64,000 nt of DNA from an uncultured Chloroflexia bacterium (GCA_963827805.1 CAWHCC010000008.1:26921-90920); one strand, 5' to 3'. Counted from the stretch's first letter, positions 1 through 10,858 are shown. Notes: a model not told the origin generated them from the letters alone. A program made the numbers and translations.

Positions 1-598
1 GCGTCGGGATATGAAACGTCACCGCCAACCGGTTGAGGCCCTAAAAGAAATCGAAGGTCAAATTGAGGAATTAGAGGAAGAGGTCGAGAAGCCTGTCGAA
101 CGCCGCGAAGTGGATATAAAAACCGTAGAAGGCCCCATCCAGCTCGGTTCCAAAGTGCAATTGCGCACCTTGGGTACTGAGGGGGTGGTGACTGCCTTGA
201 GCGAAGATGAAGCCGAAGTGCAAGTTGGCGTGCTACGGGTGCGTACCCGGTTGACAGAACTCGATCTACGCTCACACGGCGAGTTAGCCCAAGAGAAACT
301 GCAACCCAAAAAAGAAAAGGGCGGGAAGACAACCGCGCCGCGGGCTGCCTCACCAGGCGTAGAGCTTGATTTACGCGGTCAGCGTGCCGATGATGCATTA
401 GACGCCCTTGACGGCTATATGGAGCGTGCTTACCTTGCCGGGCTACCCTGGGTGAGGCTCATCCACGGTAAAGGTACCGGCCGATTGCGCGATGTGGTGC
501 GCGCAGCACTCCGCGAACACCCCCATGTGAAATCTTACGAGGGTGGTAAACGCGGCGAGGGCGGAGAAGGCGTTACCGTGGCAAAGATAAGAAGCTGA
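1..598 (+). CDS. mutS2: MutS2 endonuclease, C-terminal fragment (Smr domain); 5' end lies upstream of the window
   Basis: ORF 11..598. Smr-domain signature (DLRGQRADDALDALDGYMERAYLAGLPWVRLIHGKGTGRLR) typical of the MutS2 C-terminus. The frame is open back to the window start. Confidence 0.7.
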   Translation, partial: RRDMKRHRQPVEALKEIEGQIEELEEEVEKPVERREVDIKTVEGPIQLGSKVQLRTLGTEGVVTALSEDEAEVQVGVLRVRTRLTELDLRSHGELAQEKLQPKKEKGGKTTAPRAASPGVELDLRGQRADDALDALDGYMERAYLAGLPWVRLIHGKGTGRLRDVVRAALREHPHVKSYEGGKRGEGGEGVTVAKIRS

Positions 599-617
599 AC
601 CAAATTGGAGCATTACA

Positions 618-2009
618 ATGTCAAAGATCATTCAAGCCATCCTGATTGGTGCGGGGCAGCGAGGGATGGGTGCCTATGCCCCTTATGCTTTGCAGCACCC
701 CGATCAAATCCAGTTTATTGCGGTTGCAGAGCCAGACCCTGAGCGCAGAGAGCGATTTTCAACCCAGCACAATATCCCCTCAAAATATCAATTCGATAGT
801 TGGGAACCATTATTGGATTTACCCCCACTGGGCCAGGCAGCTTTGATCTGCACGCAAGACCAGATGCACACAGAACCTGCGCTGGCAGCGCTAAACGCAG
901 GTTACGATGTGCTGCTAGAAAAGCCCATGGCAACCAGTCTCGGTGAATGCCAGCAATTGGTGCGCGCTGCCGAAGCTGTCGGACGTCAATTGCATATCTG
1001 TCATGTGCTGCGGTATACAACTCATTTTTCCCGCCTACGTGAAGTGATTCAATCGGGCGTTTTAGGTCAGATCGTCAACGTACATCATCGCGAGAATGTC
1101 TCTTATTGGCATATGGCACACAGCTTCGTGCGGGGGAATTGGCGCAATACCGAGGAAAGCTCACCGATGATTTTAGCAAAGTGCTGCCATGACCTGGATA
1201 TTCTGATCTGGCTTTTGGATGATCGCTGTAACTTCTTAAGCAGTGTCGGAAACCTGTTGCATTACCGTCCCGAAAACGCCCCTGAGGGAGCCCCGAAACG
1301 CTGCACAGATGGCTGCCCAGCTGCTGAAAGCTGCCCTTTTTATGCCCCTCGAATTTATTTGGACATGGACCCGATCTGGCAAAATGCAGCCGCCTCGCGC
1401 AAAGGCTTCGACCGTTGGGCGCTGCAAAGACAAATCGAATATCCAGCCCTAATCTCATCACTCAGCCGCGTGATCCCCCATTTACGGCAGATATCGGATT
1501 ACCGTGGCTGGCCAAAATCGGTGATCACCAATGAGGTCACCCCCGAAAATGTGCTGGCGGCGCTCAAGGAAGGTCCTTATGGCCGCTGTGTTTACCATTG
1601 CGATAATGATGTTGTCGATCATCAGGTAGTCAGCATGCAGTTCGAGCGCGGTACATCGGTAACCCTGACCATGCACGGGCATTCGTATCTCGAAGGCCGC
1701 TCCACGCGTATTGAAGGATCAAAGGCAACTTTATTCGCTTACTTTGGCATGGATGGTGACCGGATCGAAATTCACGATCACCGCACTGGAATTGAAACTC
1801 GATATGACACTCATCCTGAAGGAGATTCTGGTCATGGCGGCGGCGATGCCGGTTTGATGGCTGCTTTTGTAAAGGCGCTGCAATCCAAAGATGGAGCTGC
1901 GGGATTGACCACAGCACGCACTTCTTTAGAGAGTCATCTCATGGCCTTCGCAGCCGAAAATGCCCGTTTGGAAGAAAAGGTTATTAGGATGGAAGATTAC
2001 CGCTTGTAA
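618..2009 (+). CDS. Gfo/Idh/MocA family NAD(P)-dependent oxidoreductase
   Basis: N-terminal Rossmann motif ILIGAGQRG and overall family-typical length of 463 aa. Confidence 0.8.
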   Translation: MSKIIQAILIGAGQRGMGAYAPYALQHPDQIQFIAVAEPDPERRERFSTQHNIPSKYQFDSWEPLLDLPPLGQAALICTQDQMHTEPALAALNAGYDVLLEKPMATSLGECQQLVRAAEAVGRQLHICHVLRYTTHFSRLREVIQSGVLGQIVNVHHRENVSYWHMAHSFVRGNWRNTEESSPMILAKCCHDLDILIWLLDDRCNFLSSVGNLLHYRPENAPEGAPKRCTDGCPAAESCPFYAPRIYLDMDPIWQNAAASRKGFDRWALQRQIEYPALISSLSRVIPHLRQISDYRGWPKSVITNEVTPENVLAALKEGPYGRCVYHCDNDVVDHQVVSMQFERGTSVTLTMHGHSYLEGRSTRIEGSKATLFAYFGMDGDRIEIHDHRTGIETRYDTHPEGDSGHGGGDAGLMAAFVKALQSKDGAAGLTTARTSLESHLMAFAAENARLEEKVIRMEDYRL

Positions 2010-2042
2010 TGAAATTTTCGGAGCACTTTATCCGGCATTCAC

Positions 2043-3011
2043 TTAATCATCTAAACGGTGCTCAGCATGCAGGATACGTTTTGTCCCCGTTTCACACCGC
2101 AAAACCAAGGAATCGGTTTCAGCCCATTTCCCATGGTAGCGGACTCCGGATAATAGACGGCCATCCGAAATGCCGGTCGCGGCAAAAAATATTTGATTCC
2201 CCTTGACCAGTTGATCACAACTTAAGATTTGTTGCGTATCAAGTCCGGCAGTCATAATGGCAGCGCGCTCTTGATCGCTTTGTGGCGATAATCGGCCCAG
2301 CATCGCGCCTCCCATACATTTAATCGCGCAAGCAGCGATCACACCTTCTGCAATTCCGCCGACCCCCATCATTACATCAATATTCGTATCTTGCATCACA
2401 GCCATCAGCGCGCCGGCAATATCACCCTGGCTTCGAGCAACCACGCGGGCACCCGCTGATCGAATTTCATCGATCAGGTCTCGATGACGAGAACGGGCTA
2501 AAATAAAAACGACCAGATCGCGGATCTTCTTCTTTTTCGCACGGGCGATTAAGGCCAAAGTCCAGGCAGCGGGCGCGTCCATACACTCGGGGACGAGTAC
2601 ATCTGCAGCTTGATAGTCGACAACTATTTTTTCCATATAAACCGCCGGATAGGGTGCCCACATTGAACCCCGAGGTGCAACGCCAACGACTGAAATTGCG
2701 TCGGAGTGACCTAGCGCTAGAAGCCGGGTCCCATCGATGGGATCAGTTACCACATCCAATACCGGTCCATTGCCAGACCCAACAACCAAACCACTATCTA
2801 AATGGGAATGGGTTCCCAATTTGGCTTCCTCACCGATCACCACATGTCCTTTAATATTAATATCTTGAAAGGCCTTTGCCATCGCTTCAGCAGCGGCATG
2901 ATCAGCCTCATCCGCTTTATCTAACCCCAAATAACGACCAGCCGAAAGGGCAGCCGCTTCGGTTACTCTCACCAAAGACATACCCAAATTTGGAGATAAT
3001 TTTTGTTCCAT
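2043..3011 (-). CDS. glpX: Class II fructose-1,6-bisphosphatase (GlpX family)
   Basis: 322 aa. GlpX-like motifs (GEGTHVVIGEEAKLG-type N-terminus, DPIDGT, VVGVAPRG). Confidence 0.8.
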   Translation of the reverse strand: MEQKLSPNLGMSLVRVTEAAALSAGRYLGLDKADEADHAAAEAMAKAFQDINIKGHVVIGEEAKLGTHSHLDSGLVVGSGNGPVLDVVTDPIDGTRLLALGHSDAISVVGVAPRGSMWAPYPAVYMEKIVVDYQAADVLVPECMDAPAAWTLALIARAKKKKIRDLVVFILARSRHRDLIDEIRSAGARVVARSQGDIAGALMAVMQDTNIDVMMGVGGIAEGVIAACAIKCMGGAMLGRLSPQSDQERAAIMTAGLDTQQILSCDQLVKGNQIFFAATGISDGRLLSGVRYHGKWAETDSLVLRCETGTKRILHAEHRLDD

Positions 3012-3026
3012 TATTGCCTCCGCACA

Positions 3027-5183
3027 TTACGCATCGATAGCTTCCAACAATCCAGCCAACTCCCAGGCATACATGCCACCTTGCAACACGCGCAAATTTT
3101 CAAAACCTTGTTTGGTTAACGCAGATGTGGCACGGGTGGACCGCCTTCCCCCGCGGCAAACAATTACCACCGGGCAATCTTTAGGCACCTGGGAGATATC
3201 GCCAAAGAGTTTGAGCAGTGGGATCAATTTTGCTTGTGAAATATGCCCTCTTCGAAATTCCCGCATTTCCCGGACGTCTATAACCAGGGGAGCATTCGGG
3301 CCGTGGAGTTCATTCCACAGCACCAAAGGTTCCACAGTTTTTATTTCATCTTGAGGCACTCCTAACGGGAGGGTGATTTCTTTCTCCCTTGGATGTCTTT
3401 CCGGCCTGGGGATGTTCTGACATTCCAGAAAGACGCGTGCATCACATTCATATACGCAGATTGCAGGATCCAACACCCGATGGAAAAGGTATTCGATCGC
3501 AGAATTATATGAAAGAAAATGGTCTTCACCCAAAAAGTCATAAAATTCTGTCGACTTGAGGCGATCCATGATGGGGTCTTGGGTACGCATCATAAAAACA
3601 TCACCGCCCCGTTCACGGTAGGCGCGCACAATTGATTCGAGCTCATGTACGCCGCTGATATCCACCTGGTCAACACTAAACATGCGCAGCAGCAAGAACC
3701 GCTGGCTGGGATTAGCTTCCATATGATTGCGGATGGCTTCATCAACGTGAGGGACAGCACCAAAATATAAGTCCCCAAGGATATCCAAAATTCCCATCTG
3801 TGGGCAGGGATCACGATCTGGTTGATGCGTAAAATGGCGAAAACCCTCACTTGGCAAAACAGAAACTACACGTGGTATGCTGGTTCGCAAGACATAAACA
3901 ACGAATGATAGCAGGATACCCACCAACACAGCAAATTGCAGCGGCAGGAATAAAGTGCTGACAAATGAACCCACCATGATAATAGCATCACCACGAGTGC
4001 CTCGGAGAATGCGCTTCATCTCAGCTTTATCGATCATGCCATAAGCGGTGACCACCAGTACACCGGCGAGCGCTGCCCGCGGGACAAAAGCAGCATAGGG
4101 GGCCATCACGAACATCGCAATCAAAACGAAGATCCCTGAGAACACTCCAGCCAAAGGGCTGCGAGCGTCCGCATCAAAATTGATCGCCGAACGTGTAAAA
4201 GAACCGGAAACACTGTATCCCGAGAAGAAACCACTAAACAAATTGGCCAAGCCTTGACCAATGAACTCTTGGTTGCTATCCAAGCGCTGGCGGGTCTGGC
4301 TGGAAATTGAACGCGAAATGGCAATGGATTCGACCAGCCCTATAGCACCGACAGCCAGCGCGCCCGCCGATAGATCTACAATCAGACCAAGGTTCAATAA
4401 GGGTAATTTGGCGAGAGGCGGAAGGTTACGAGGGATCTCTCCAAGAATTTTGACGCCTTGTTCATCCAAACCAGCTAAGCCAACAACCGCTGCAGAAAGC
4501 ACCATGATTATCAGGGCACCCGGCCATTTGGGCAAAAACCGCTTTTGTAAAATCAGCAGCAGCATTGCACCAACCCCGATGGATAAGCTGATCAAATGGG
4601 TTTCAGGAAAATATACAACTAGCTCCTGGATCGTAGCAATCAGGCTTGAAGCACTTGGAAATTCCAGACGCATCAGATGGCGAAGTTGGTTTACGGCAAT
4701 CAAGATACCTGCACCAGCCGTGTACCCAATAATGACAGAATCGGATACAAAATTTACCAGTATTCCCAAACGAGAAACACCCAAAGCGGCTTGGAAGACA
4801 CCCACCATCACAGCCATTAGCCCAGCAGCAGCCAAATACTCTGGCGTACCCACAGCTGCAATCGGCAGCAGGGTAGCCAGTACCAACAAAGATGTTGAAT
4901 TGGTCGGTCCGGTGTGAAGTTGACGCGATGATCCCCATAATGCTCCGACAATGGCGGCTACAATAGCAGCGTATAATCCCACCGCTGGAGGAAGTTCAGC
5001 AATCAGAGCAAACGCGATGGCCTGAGGCAGCAGCACAACAGCCACTGTCAGACCCGCAATTAAGTCGGAGCGCAAATTGCCGCGTTCGTACGTTTTGAAG
5101 ATGGATATGGGACGGGCGAAAAAAGAAATAGTTTCCGTGCCAACGCGATTGATGATCGTCGTCGGGATCGACGTAGAGGACAT
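3027..5183 (-). CDS. SulP-family anion (sulfate) permease fused to a STAS domain and a C-terminal rhodanese domain
   Basis: 718 aa. Multi-TM SulP core, then a STAS region, then a rhodanese fold carrying the active-site loop CRGGRRS (catalytic Cys present). Confidence 0.8.
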   Translation of the reverse strand: MSSTSIPTTIINRVGTETISFFARPISIFKTYERGNLRSDLIAGLTVAVVLLPQAIAFALIAELPPAVGLYAAIVAAIVGALWGSSRQLHTGPTNSTSLLVLATLLPIAAVGTPEYLAAAGLMAVMVGVFQAALGVSRLGILVNFVSDSVIIGYTAGAGILIAVNQLRHLMRLEFPSASSLIATIQELVVYFPETHLISLSIGVGAMLLLILQKRFLPKWPGALIIMVLSAAVVGLAGLDEQGVKILGEIPRNLPPLAKLPLLNLGLIVDLSAGALAVGAIGLVESIAISRSISSQTRQRLDSNQEFIGQGLANLFSGFFSGYSVSGSFTRSAINFDADARSPLAGVFSGIFVLIAMFVMAPYAAFVPRAALAGVLVVTAYGMIDKAEMKRILRGTRGDAIIMVGSFVSTLFLPLQFAVLVGILLSFVVYVLRTSIPRVVSVLPSEGFRHFTHQPDRDPCPQMGILDILGDLYFGAVPHVDEAIRNHMEANPSQRFLLLRMFSVDQVDISGVHELESIVRAYRERGGDVFMMRTQDPIMDRLKSTEFYDFLGEDHFLSYNSAIEYLFHRVLDPAICVYECDARVFLECQNIPRPERHPREKEITLPLGVPQDEIKTVEPLVLWNELHGPNAPLVIDVREMREFRRGHISQAKLIPLLKLFGDISQVPKDCPVVIVCRGGRRSTRATSALTKQGFENLRVLQGGMYAWELAGLLEAIDA

Positions 5184-5253
5184 GACTCTATTATACTGGT
5201 CTCACAACCGAAGACCCAGCTTTAAACAAATTTAAAATAAACACAGTTTTGAG

Positions 5254-6177
5254 TTAGTGTTTCAATCCCTCATTAAGCAGCCAAACGCCGACCACGATCA
5301 GCCCCATCCCACCCAACATACCTTTGGTTATTTGCTCATCCAATAAGAACATCCCTGTCAGCATCGCGACCACTGGAATGATATAAGCTGACATGACCGA
5401 GGCGGTAGCGCCAAAATGTTGTATATTGTAAAACGAGAGCAGTATTCCTAAAAAAGTACCAATAATAGCCGCATAAATCAAAGCCATTAAACCCTGTGAA
5501 TTAACCTGAGAAAGATCGAAACCAACAAAAATGATCGATAAAGGCATTACCACCAACGCAGCCGTGAGCATCCTGATTCCAGTTACATCGACAGCGTCAA
5601 AATCTTTTACATATTTACGGGTATAAATTGTCATTGCACTGCCAAAAACCATGGCACCAAATATCATTAGATACCCTTGAATGCTCCCCTGAACCTCGGC
5701 TAACCCCAATTCACCCCAGGCGGCAAGCATCACTGCTCCACTCAGGGCTAACAGCACACCCAAACTTTTGCGCAGGGTCAGTCGTTCATCGGCAAGATAG
5801 AAGTGGGCAAGCAATACCGTAATCGCCGGATTAACTGTGATCAATATCGAGGCCAGTCCACTTGAAAGATACTGCAAGGAGGCTACGATGCCCGTCATAG
5901 GGATGGCTGTACCCAATACCCCCAGAACTATCGAATGTTTCCACAATTGCCTTCCCTTCGGCCAGGTTCTTTTACCGATTCGCAGCAAATAGACCACACC
6001 GAAGCCCATCGCAGATAAAGTCAATCGTAAACCGATATAAGTTGTTGTGCTAAATTGCCCAACACTAAAACGAGAAGCTACCAAGGTCGTACCAAACATC
6101 GCCCCTAAAATCAGAATATACGGCATAGATTGGGTTGTCAAATCAGTTTTCTCCTGGCCCCGCCAGAGTGGGGGCAA
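5254..6177 (-). CDS. DMT superfamily (EamA-like) transporter
   Basis: 307 aa with about 10 TM segments and two EamA-like halves. Confidence 0.75.
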   Translation of the reverse strand: MPPLWRGQEKTDLTTQSMPYILILGAMFGTTLVASRFSVGQFSTTTYIGLRLTLSAMGFGVVYLLRIGKRTWPKGRQLWKHSIVLGVLGTAIPMTGIVASLQYLSSGLASILITVNPAITVLLAHFYLADERLTLRKSLGVLLALSGAVMLAAWGELGLAEVQGSIQGYLMIFGAMVFGSAMTIYTRKYVKDFDAVDVTGIRMLTAALVVMPLSIIFVGFDLSQVNSQGLMALIYAAIIGTFLGILLSFYNIQHFGATASVMSAYIIPVVAMLTGMFLLDEQITKGMLGGMGLIVVGVWLLNEGLKH

Positions 6178-6285
6178 ATACCATCAAATCATAACGCAGG
6201 CAAGATAAAGCGTAAAGCATAAATATACCTAAAGCACCATAACTCTGCCTCCCCTTTTCAGCTAATTTGTGCTAATATTGGCGGA

Positions 6286-7014
6286 ATGAAAGCCCTAATA
6301 ATTTCTGATATTCATGCAAATATAACTGCTTTAGATGCAGTTCTCGAACACGCCGAGGATTTTGATGCCACATGGTGCTTAGGTGACGTAATTGGATACG
6401 GGCCCGACCCCAATGAATGTATTGCGCGCATTCAGTCATTACCAAATTTAGTTTGCCTGTTAGGCAATCATGACGCTGCCGTGATTGGGGATATTGATAT
6501 CACATCTTTCAATATCGAAGCGCGTATTTCCGTCGGTTGGACTCAAACTGTGATCCATGATGAAGGCCAAGATTTCCTAAAAAAGCTCCCGTCAAAAATA
6601 GAGGTAGAAGGTCAAACATTGGCGCATGGCAGCCCGCGGCATCCCATTTGGGAATATTTATTAGACACACCAACGATTAACGAGAATTTTGAATTTTTTG
6701 ATACACCCTTTTGTTTCGTGGGGCACACGCATCTGCCTGTAATTTACCAACTTGATGATGAGCATCAGATGCCCAGCCATGCGATACCAGAACCCTTCAC
6801 ACCAATCCAATTGGTTCCACGGGCCATCATCAATCCTGGCTCTGTCGGTCAACCTCGTGACCGAAACCCGTACGCATCCTATATCATCTTCGATACAGAA
6901 ACTTTCATTATGGAAAATCGACGGGCACCCTATGATGTTGAAGATGTGCAGGTCCGCATGCGCGCGGCGCGATTACCCCAGCGGCATATCAACCGTCTGG
7001 AAATCGGTTGGTAG
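6286..7014 (+). CDS. Metallophosphoesterase (YfcE-like calcineurin-type phosphoesterase)
   Basis: Motifs DIHAN, GDVIGYGP, GNHD and GHTH. Confidence 0.7.
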   Translation: MKALIISDIHANITALDAVLEHAEDFDATWCLGDVIGYGPDPNECIARIQSLPNLVCLLGNHDAAVIGDIDITSFNIEARISVGWTQTVIHDEGQDFLKKLPSKIEVEGQTLAHGSPRHPIWEYLLDTPTINENFEFFDTPFCFVGHTHLPVIYQLDDEHQMPSHAIPEPFTPIQLVPRAIINPGSVGQPRDRNPYASYIIFDTETFIMENRRAPYDVEDVQVRMRAARLPQRHINRLEIGW

Positions 7015-7091
7015 CGGAACTGTAAAAATGGGGGCAACGTCTGATTCGAAAACAGCTTACCCTGGGTTGTTATCGAAAAGAGGAGATTAGC

Positions 7092-8036
7092 ATGTTAAAG
7101 AAAACCCTATTTGCATTATTTTTTTTAGTTTTGTTGCTGGCTTCTTGTGGGGGCGGCAATATGTCTGCGCCTGAGTTTGCTGGGGACAACTACGTTTTAG
7201 CCGAAGAACAAGAAGCTGCGGATGGCGCGCTTGCTCCTGAACCCTACGATGACGAAGCCAAGCGCGCAAATCTTGCCAGCAATATAGCGGAGTCTCGTGC
7301 AGAGCGCATGGTGATCAAGAATGCTGACATCGCGATCGTGGCCGAAGATCCGGCTCAATCGATGGACGAAATTGGCAATATGGCAGAGAACATGGGGGGG
7401 TTCATCGTGGAATCCTATCTATACCAGCAAACCCTCAGCAGTGGTGCTCAAGTTCCTCACGCCACGATCACCATCCGTGTTCCAGCTGAGAAATTAGAGG
7501 CTGCTCTTTCGCAAATCAAAGCTGCAGCCGTCGAAGTTGAGAGCGCCAATATCTCGGGGCAAGATGTCACCAGCCAATATACTGATCTGGCCTCCCGGCT
7601 GCGCAACCTGGAAGCCGCAGAAGCCCAACTACAAGAGATTATGGAGGAGGCCAAGCGCACCGAAGATGTGCTTGACGTCTTCAACGAACTGGTTGCCGTC
7701 CGCGAACAGATCGAGGTCATCAAAGGGCAAATGCAATATTACGAGGAAGCTGCCGCGCTCTCGATGATCACTGTGGGCATCACCGCGGACGAGGCCGTAC
7801 AGCCCATTCAACTGGGGGGCTGGCAACCGGCTGGTGTGGCCAAAGAAGCGATCGAAGCCCTGATTCAAGCGCTGCAATTCCTGGTTAATGCAGGCATCTG
7901 GTTCGTGCTCTGCATCTTGCCCGTCGGGTTGCTCATCGGGCTGCCGTTGTTCTTCATCGTGCGGGCAATCAACCGCAAACGGAAAGCTCGAAAAGCAGAA
8001 ACCGAGAGGGAAGAAACTGACCTCCTGGAAGAATAA
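7092..8036 (+). CDS. DUF4349-like lipoprotein with a C-terminal TM anchor
   Basis: Lipobox LLASC after the signal peptide, a coiled-coil region typical of DUF4349 and a C-terminal hydrophobic segment. Confidence 0.6.
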   Translation: MLKKTLFALFFLVLLLASCGGGNMSAPEFAGDNYVLAEEQEAADGALAPEPYDDEAKRANLASNIAESRAERMVIKNADIAIVAEDPAQSMDEIGNMAENMGGFIVESYLYQQTLSSGAQVPHATITIRVPAEKLEAALSQIKAAAVEVESANISGQDVTSQYTDLASRLRNLEAAEAQLQEIMEEAKRTEDVLDVFNELVAVREQIEVIKGQMQYYEEAAALSMITVGITADEAVQPIQLGGWQPAGVAKEAIEALIQALQFLVNAGIWFVLCILPVGLLIGLPLFFIVRAINRKRKARKAETEREETDLLEE

Positions 8037-8044
8037 TCAAGATA

Positions 8045-8083
8045 AAGACAGCTGATAACTGGACATCTGCTGTCTTTTCATTT
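8045..8083 (+). terminator. Intrinsic terminator after the DUF4349 gene
   Basis: Hairpin aagacagc(N15)gctgtctt followed by a T-rich tract (ttcattt). Confidence 0.5.
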
Positions 8084-8229
8084 AAAAAAGGGATCACGCC
8101 AATTTTTGAAACGAACTCCACGCGAGAAATTTTTGAGGAGCGTAAATCCCAAAGGAAAATCTCTGCCCTGAGCTGCGGCGCCAAAATTTCCATCCGCAGT
8201 TATATAATGCCCACGGTATAATCACCTCA

Positions 8230-8939
8230 ATGGAAAAACTGGCTCAAGAATTTAACACCCTCACTGGAGGGACCCTCTCGCAGCAGCAAATCAACGCCCT
8301 GGAAATGTATTCTCAGGAGTTGGTCGCCTGGAACAAAATCCATAACCTGACGGCCATCCGAGAACCAGACCAGGTGCGCATCAAACATTTTTTAATTCGC
8401 TGAGTGCTTGCCTGGTCATGAATGGGTCACAACTCGACCGCGTGATCGATGTGGGTACTGGGGCCGGGTTTCCTGGATTGCCGCTGAAAATCCTTTACCC
8501 TCAGATGCACCTGACTTTGGTTAAGTCAATTGGTAAAAAGGCTGCTTTTTGCGAGCGTGTGGCGGCTAAGCTGAGATTAGAAAGAGTAGATATAATCCAG
8601 ATGCGGGCGGAAGAACTGGGGAGACTTGAACAGCATCGCGAACGATACGATTGGGCTTTAGCCCGTGCCGTGGCCGTGATGCCCGTGTTGTTAGAATATC
8701 TGCTTCCCTTGGCGAAAGTGGGCGGTTGTGTGCTAGCGATGAAGGGTGAGAGCGGTCCGGCCGAGGCTCAAAAATCCGAGGCAGCGGCCCAGATTTTGGG
8801 CGGACATTTACGCCAACTCCAAGTCGTAACTTTACCCGGTGTAGTGGAAGAACGTTATCTGGTAACGGTCGATAAAATTGCCACGACACCCGAAAAATAT
8901 CCACGTCGAGTGGGGATTCCCGCAAAGAGACCATTGTGA
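8230..8939 (+). pseudogene. rsmG: 16S rRNA m7G527 methyltransferase RsmG, split by a 1-nt frameshift in a poly-T run near 8388-8393
   Basis: An RsmG N-terminus (…NLTAIREPDQVRIKHFLIR*) in frame 1 stops at 8401. The rest (…FFNSLSACLVMNGSQLDRVIDVGTGAGFPG…) continues in frame 3 and is reported as ORF 8418..8939. Restoring one T gives a contiguous KHFFNSLS. Confidence 0.7.
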
Positions 8940-8944
8940 AATGC

Positions 8945-10168
8945 TCAGGGTGCCGGGGGCGTAATGGTAGCCTGCAAAGTTCCCCCGTAAATATGCCATT
9001 GTTGAGCAGTTAATACAAAACCCTCGGAGAAAAGATCGAGATCGGTTGTAGTGAGTAAAGCCTGTTCAGCCTGAGCTAACCGGTCTAGCAAATCGACCCG
9101 CCGCCGGGGATCGAGTTCAGCTAATACTTCGTCGAGCAGCAGCACCGGCCAATGGCCGGTTTTTTCTTTCATCCAGACTACTTCTGCCATTTTGACAGCC
9201 AGCATCGCGGTGCGAATTTGCCCCCGCGAGCCATAGGTGCCCAAATCGATGCCGTTTGCCAAAAAGCGCAGCTCATCGCGATGCGGTCCAACGGTGGTTA
9301 AACCACGGGCAATTTCTTCGGATCGTTTCTCGTTGAGGGTCGTCTGAAATCCTGCGACGATCTCAGCCTTTGAGATGCCAGTACGATCTATGGGAGCATC
9401 AAGCGGGAGAGTAAATTGCGCAGGCTGCTGGGGGAAAGGATCATAAGCGGGATGATAGGCTAAGCGCAACACTTCTTCCCCGCGGGTTAGTTCACTGTGA
9501 GTGATGACTGCAAGGTCTTCAATTTCGTGGAGCGCATGAATTCGCGCTTCGATTAGGACAGCCCCACTGAGCGTAATTTTCTCATCCCAAAAAGCCAGTT
9601 GAGATGAATCTCCCCCGCGTTCCCCCAACAGTTTCAAGAGCGCATTCCGTTGACTAATGGCTTTACTGTACGTTGAGAGGGCCGTAGCATAATTGGGGAT
9701 CGTCTGTGACAGCAGCAAATCAAGATAGCGGCGGCGGGCCGATGGGGAACCTTCGATTACTTGCAACATCTGCGGTAAGAAAAGCACGGCGTTGAAATGC
9801 CCAATGACATCACTAACTTTACGTTTGCTGCCATCCAGAAAAATTTCTTTGCGCACGCGAGAGCCTCCATTGTGTCCGTTATTTTCCTGGATGATGCGAA
9901 CCTCTAAACGATGCGATTTTCCCCCGCGCACGTAATCTGCTACGATGCGCCCCACCGCCAGGGGATTTTTCCCTGCAATAAAGTTAATTAGTTGACGGTC
10001 ACTACCTGCATGAAAAGATGTAAAAGCTGCCAGATAATAAATTGCTTCTAGCAAGCTAGTTTTCCCTTGGGCGTTATCGCCTAATAATAAGGTTGCCCCA
10101 CGCGGCACATCCACATCCAAACGAGAGAAGTTGCGAAAATCTGTCAGAGAGAGATGGGTAATGTGCAT
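8945..10168 (-). CDS. recF: DNA replication/repair protein RecF
   Basis: Walker A GDNAQGKTSLLEAI and the RecF signature region, 407 aa. Confidence 0.9.
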   Translation of the reverse strand: MHITHLSLTDFRNFSRLDVDVPRGATLLLGDNAQGKTSLLEAIYYLAAFTSFHAGSDRQLINFIAGKNPLAVGRIVADYVRGGKSHRLEVRIIQENNGHNGGSRVRKEIFLDGSKRKVSDVIGHFNAVLFLPQMLQVIEGSPSARRRYLDLLLSQTIPNYATALSTYSKAISQRNALLKLLGERGGDSSQLAFWDEKITLSGAVLIEARIHALHEIEDLAVITHSELTRGEEVLRLAYHPAYDPFPQQPAQFTLPLDAPIDRTGISKAEIVAGFQTTLNEKRSEEIARGLTTVGPHRDELRFLANGIDLGTYGSRGQIRTAMLAVKMAEVVWMKEKTGHWPVLLLDEVLAELDPRRRVDLLDRLAQAEQALLTTTDLDLFSEGFVLTAQQWHIYGGTLQATITPPAP

Positions 10169-10244
10169 TAGGTCGATTCAGACGGAAGCCACGGAGTAGA
10201 GACGTCCGTGGCAAATTGAAAGTTGATTATTTTAGACACCCAAG

Positions 10245-10757
10245 TTAATTAGCAGGACCAACTTGCCCGGTTTCTACTTCTGGTTGCCAGACCTGGAGAG
10301 CAATATCGGTGAATAGAACGCCATTTAGATGATCCACTTCATGTTGGAAGATGCGAGCCAACCAACCTTTGGCCTTAATCTTCATGGGTTGGCCGCGGCG
10401 GCTGAAACCTTTGACGGTAACTGATTCGCTGCGCTCAACGTCACCGACCAACGTTGGTATGGACAGGCATCCTTCGATCCCCATCACTGTCTCCCGAGAT
10501 GGGCGTACAATCTCTGGGTTGACAACCGTGAAAAGGCTGGGTTCCGCGGTTTCATCCTCTTCGTCACCGAATTCTACAACGATCACTCTTTGGAGTACAT
10601 CCACCTGGGGCGCGGCTAATCCAACACCAGGAGCTGTCCGCATGGTTTCAACCATGTCATCGATCAAGGTTTGCAACGCTGGACCAAAATCGGTCACCTT
10701 ACGGGCCTGTTTCTTGAGTGTCGGATGAGGGACTGTAATAATTTCTCGAACTGCCAT
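10245..10757 (-). CDS. def: Peptide deformylase
   Basis: Motifs GVGLAAPQ, EGCLS and QHEVDHLNG. Confidence 0.9.
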   Translation of the reverse strand: MAVREIITVPHPTLKKQARKVTDFGPALQTLIDDMVETMRTAPGVGLAAPQVDVLQRVIVVEFGDEEDETAEPSLFTVVNPEIVRPSRETVMGIEGCLSIPTLVGDVERSESVTVKGFSRRGQPMKIKAKGWLARIFQHEVDHLNGVLFTDIALQVWQPEVETGQVGPAN

Positions 10758-10858
10758 AACGAAACTTAACCTTTTTGCTACTTAAAAACCGGCTCATATT
10801 TTACCTGAAAAACCATAAAATTCTTGATCCTTTCATCATCTTCTAACCCAATAATCAC

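Noticed and set aside
4261-4917. A 218-aa plus-strand ORF inside the SulP gene
   Set aside because: It is antisense to a well-supported membrane transporter and is a low-complexity basic peptide. It is spurious.
8380-8420. A programmed ribosomal frameshift in rsmG and the other split genes
   Set aside because: No slippery heptamer or pseudoknot context is present, and the same kind of break occurs in groEL and about nine other genes. A sequencing-error explanation is more parsimonious.
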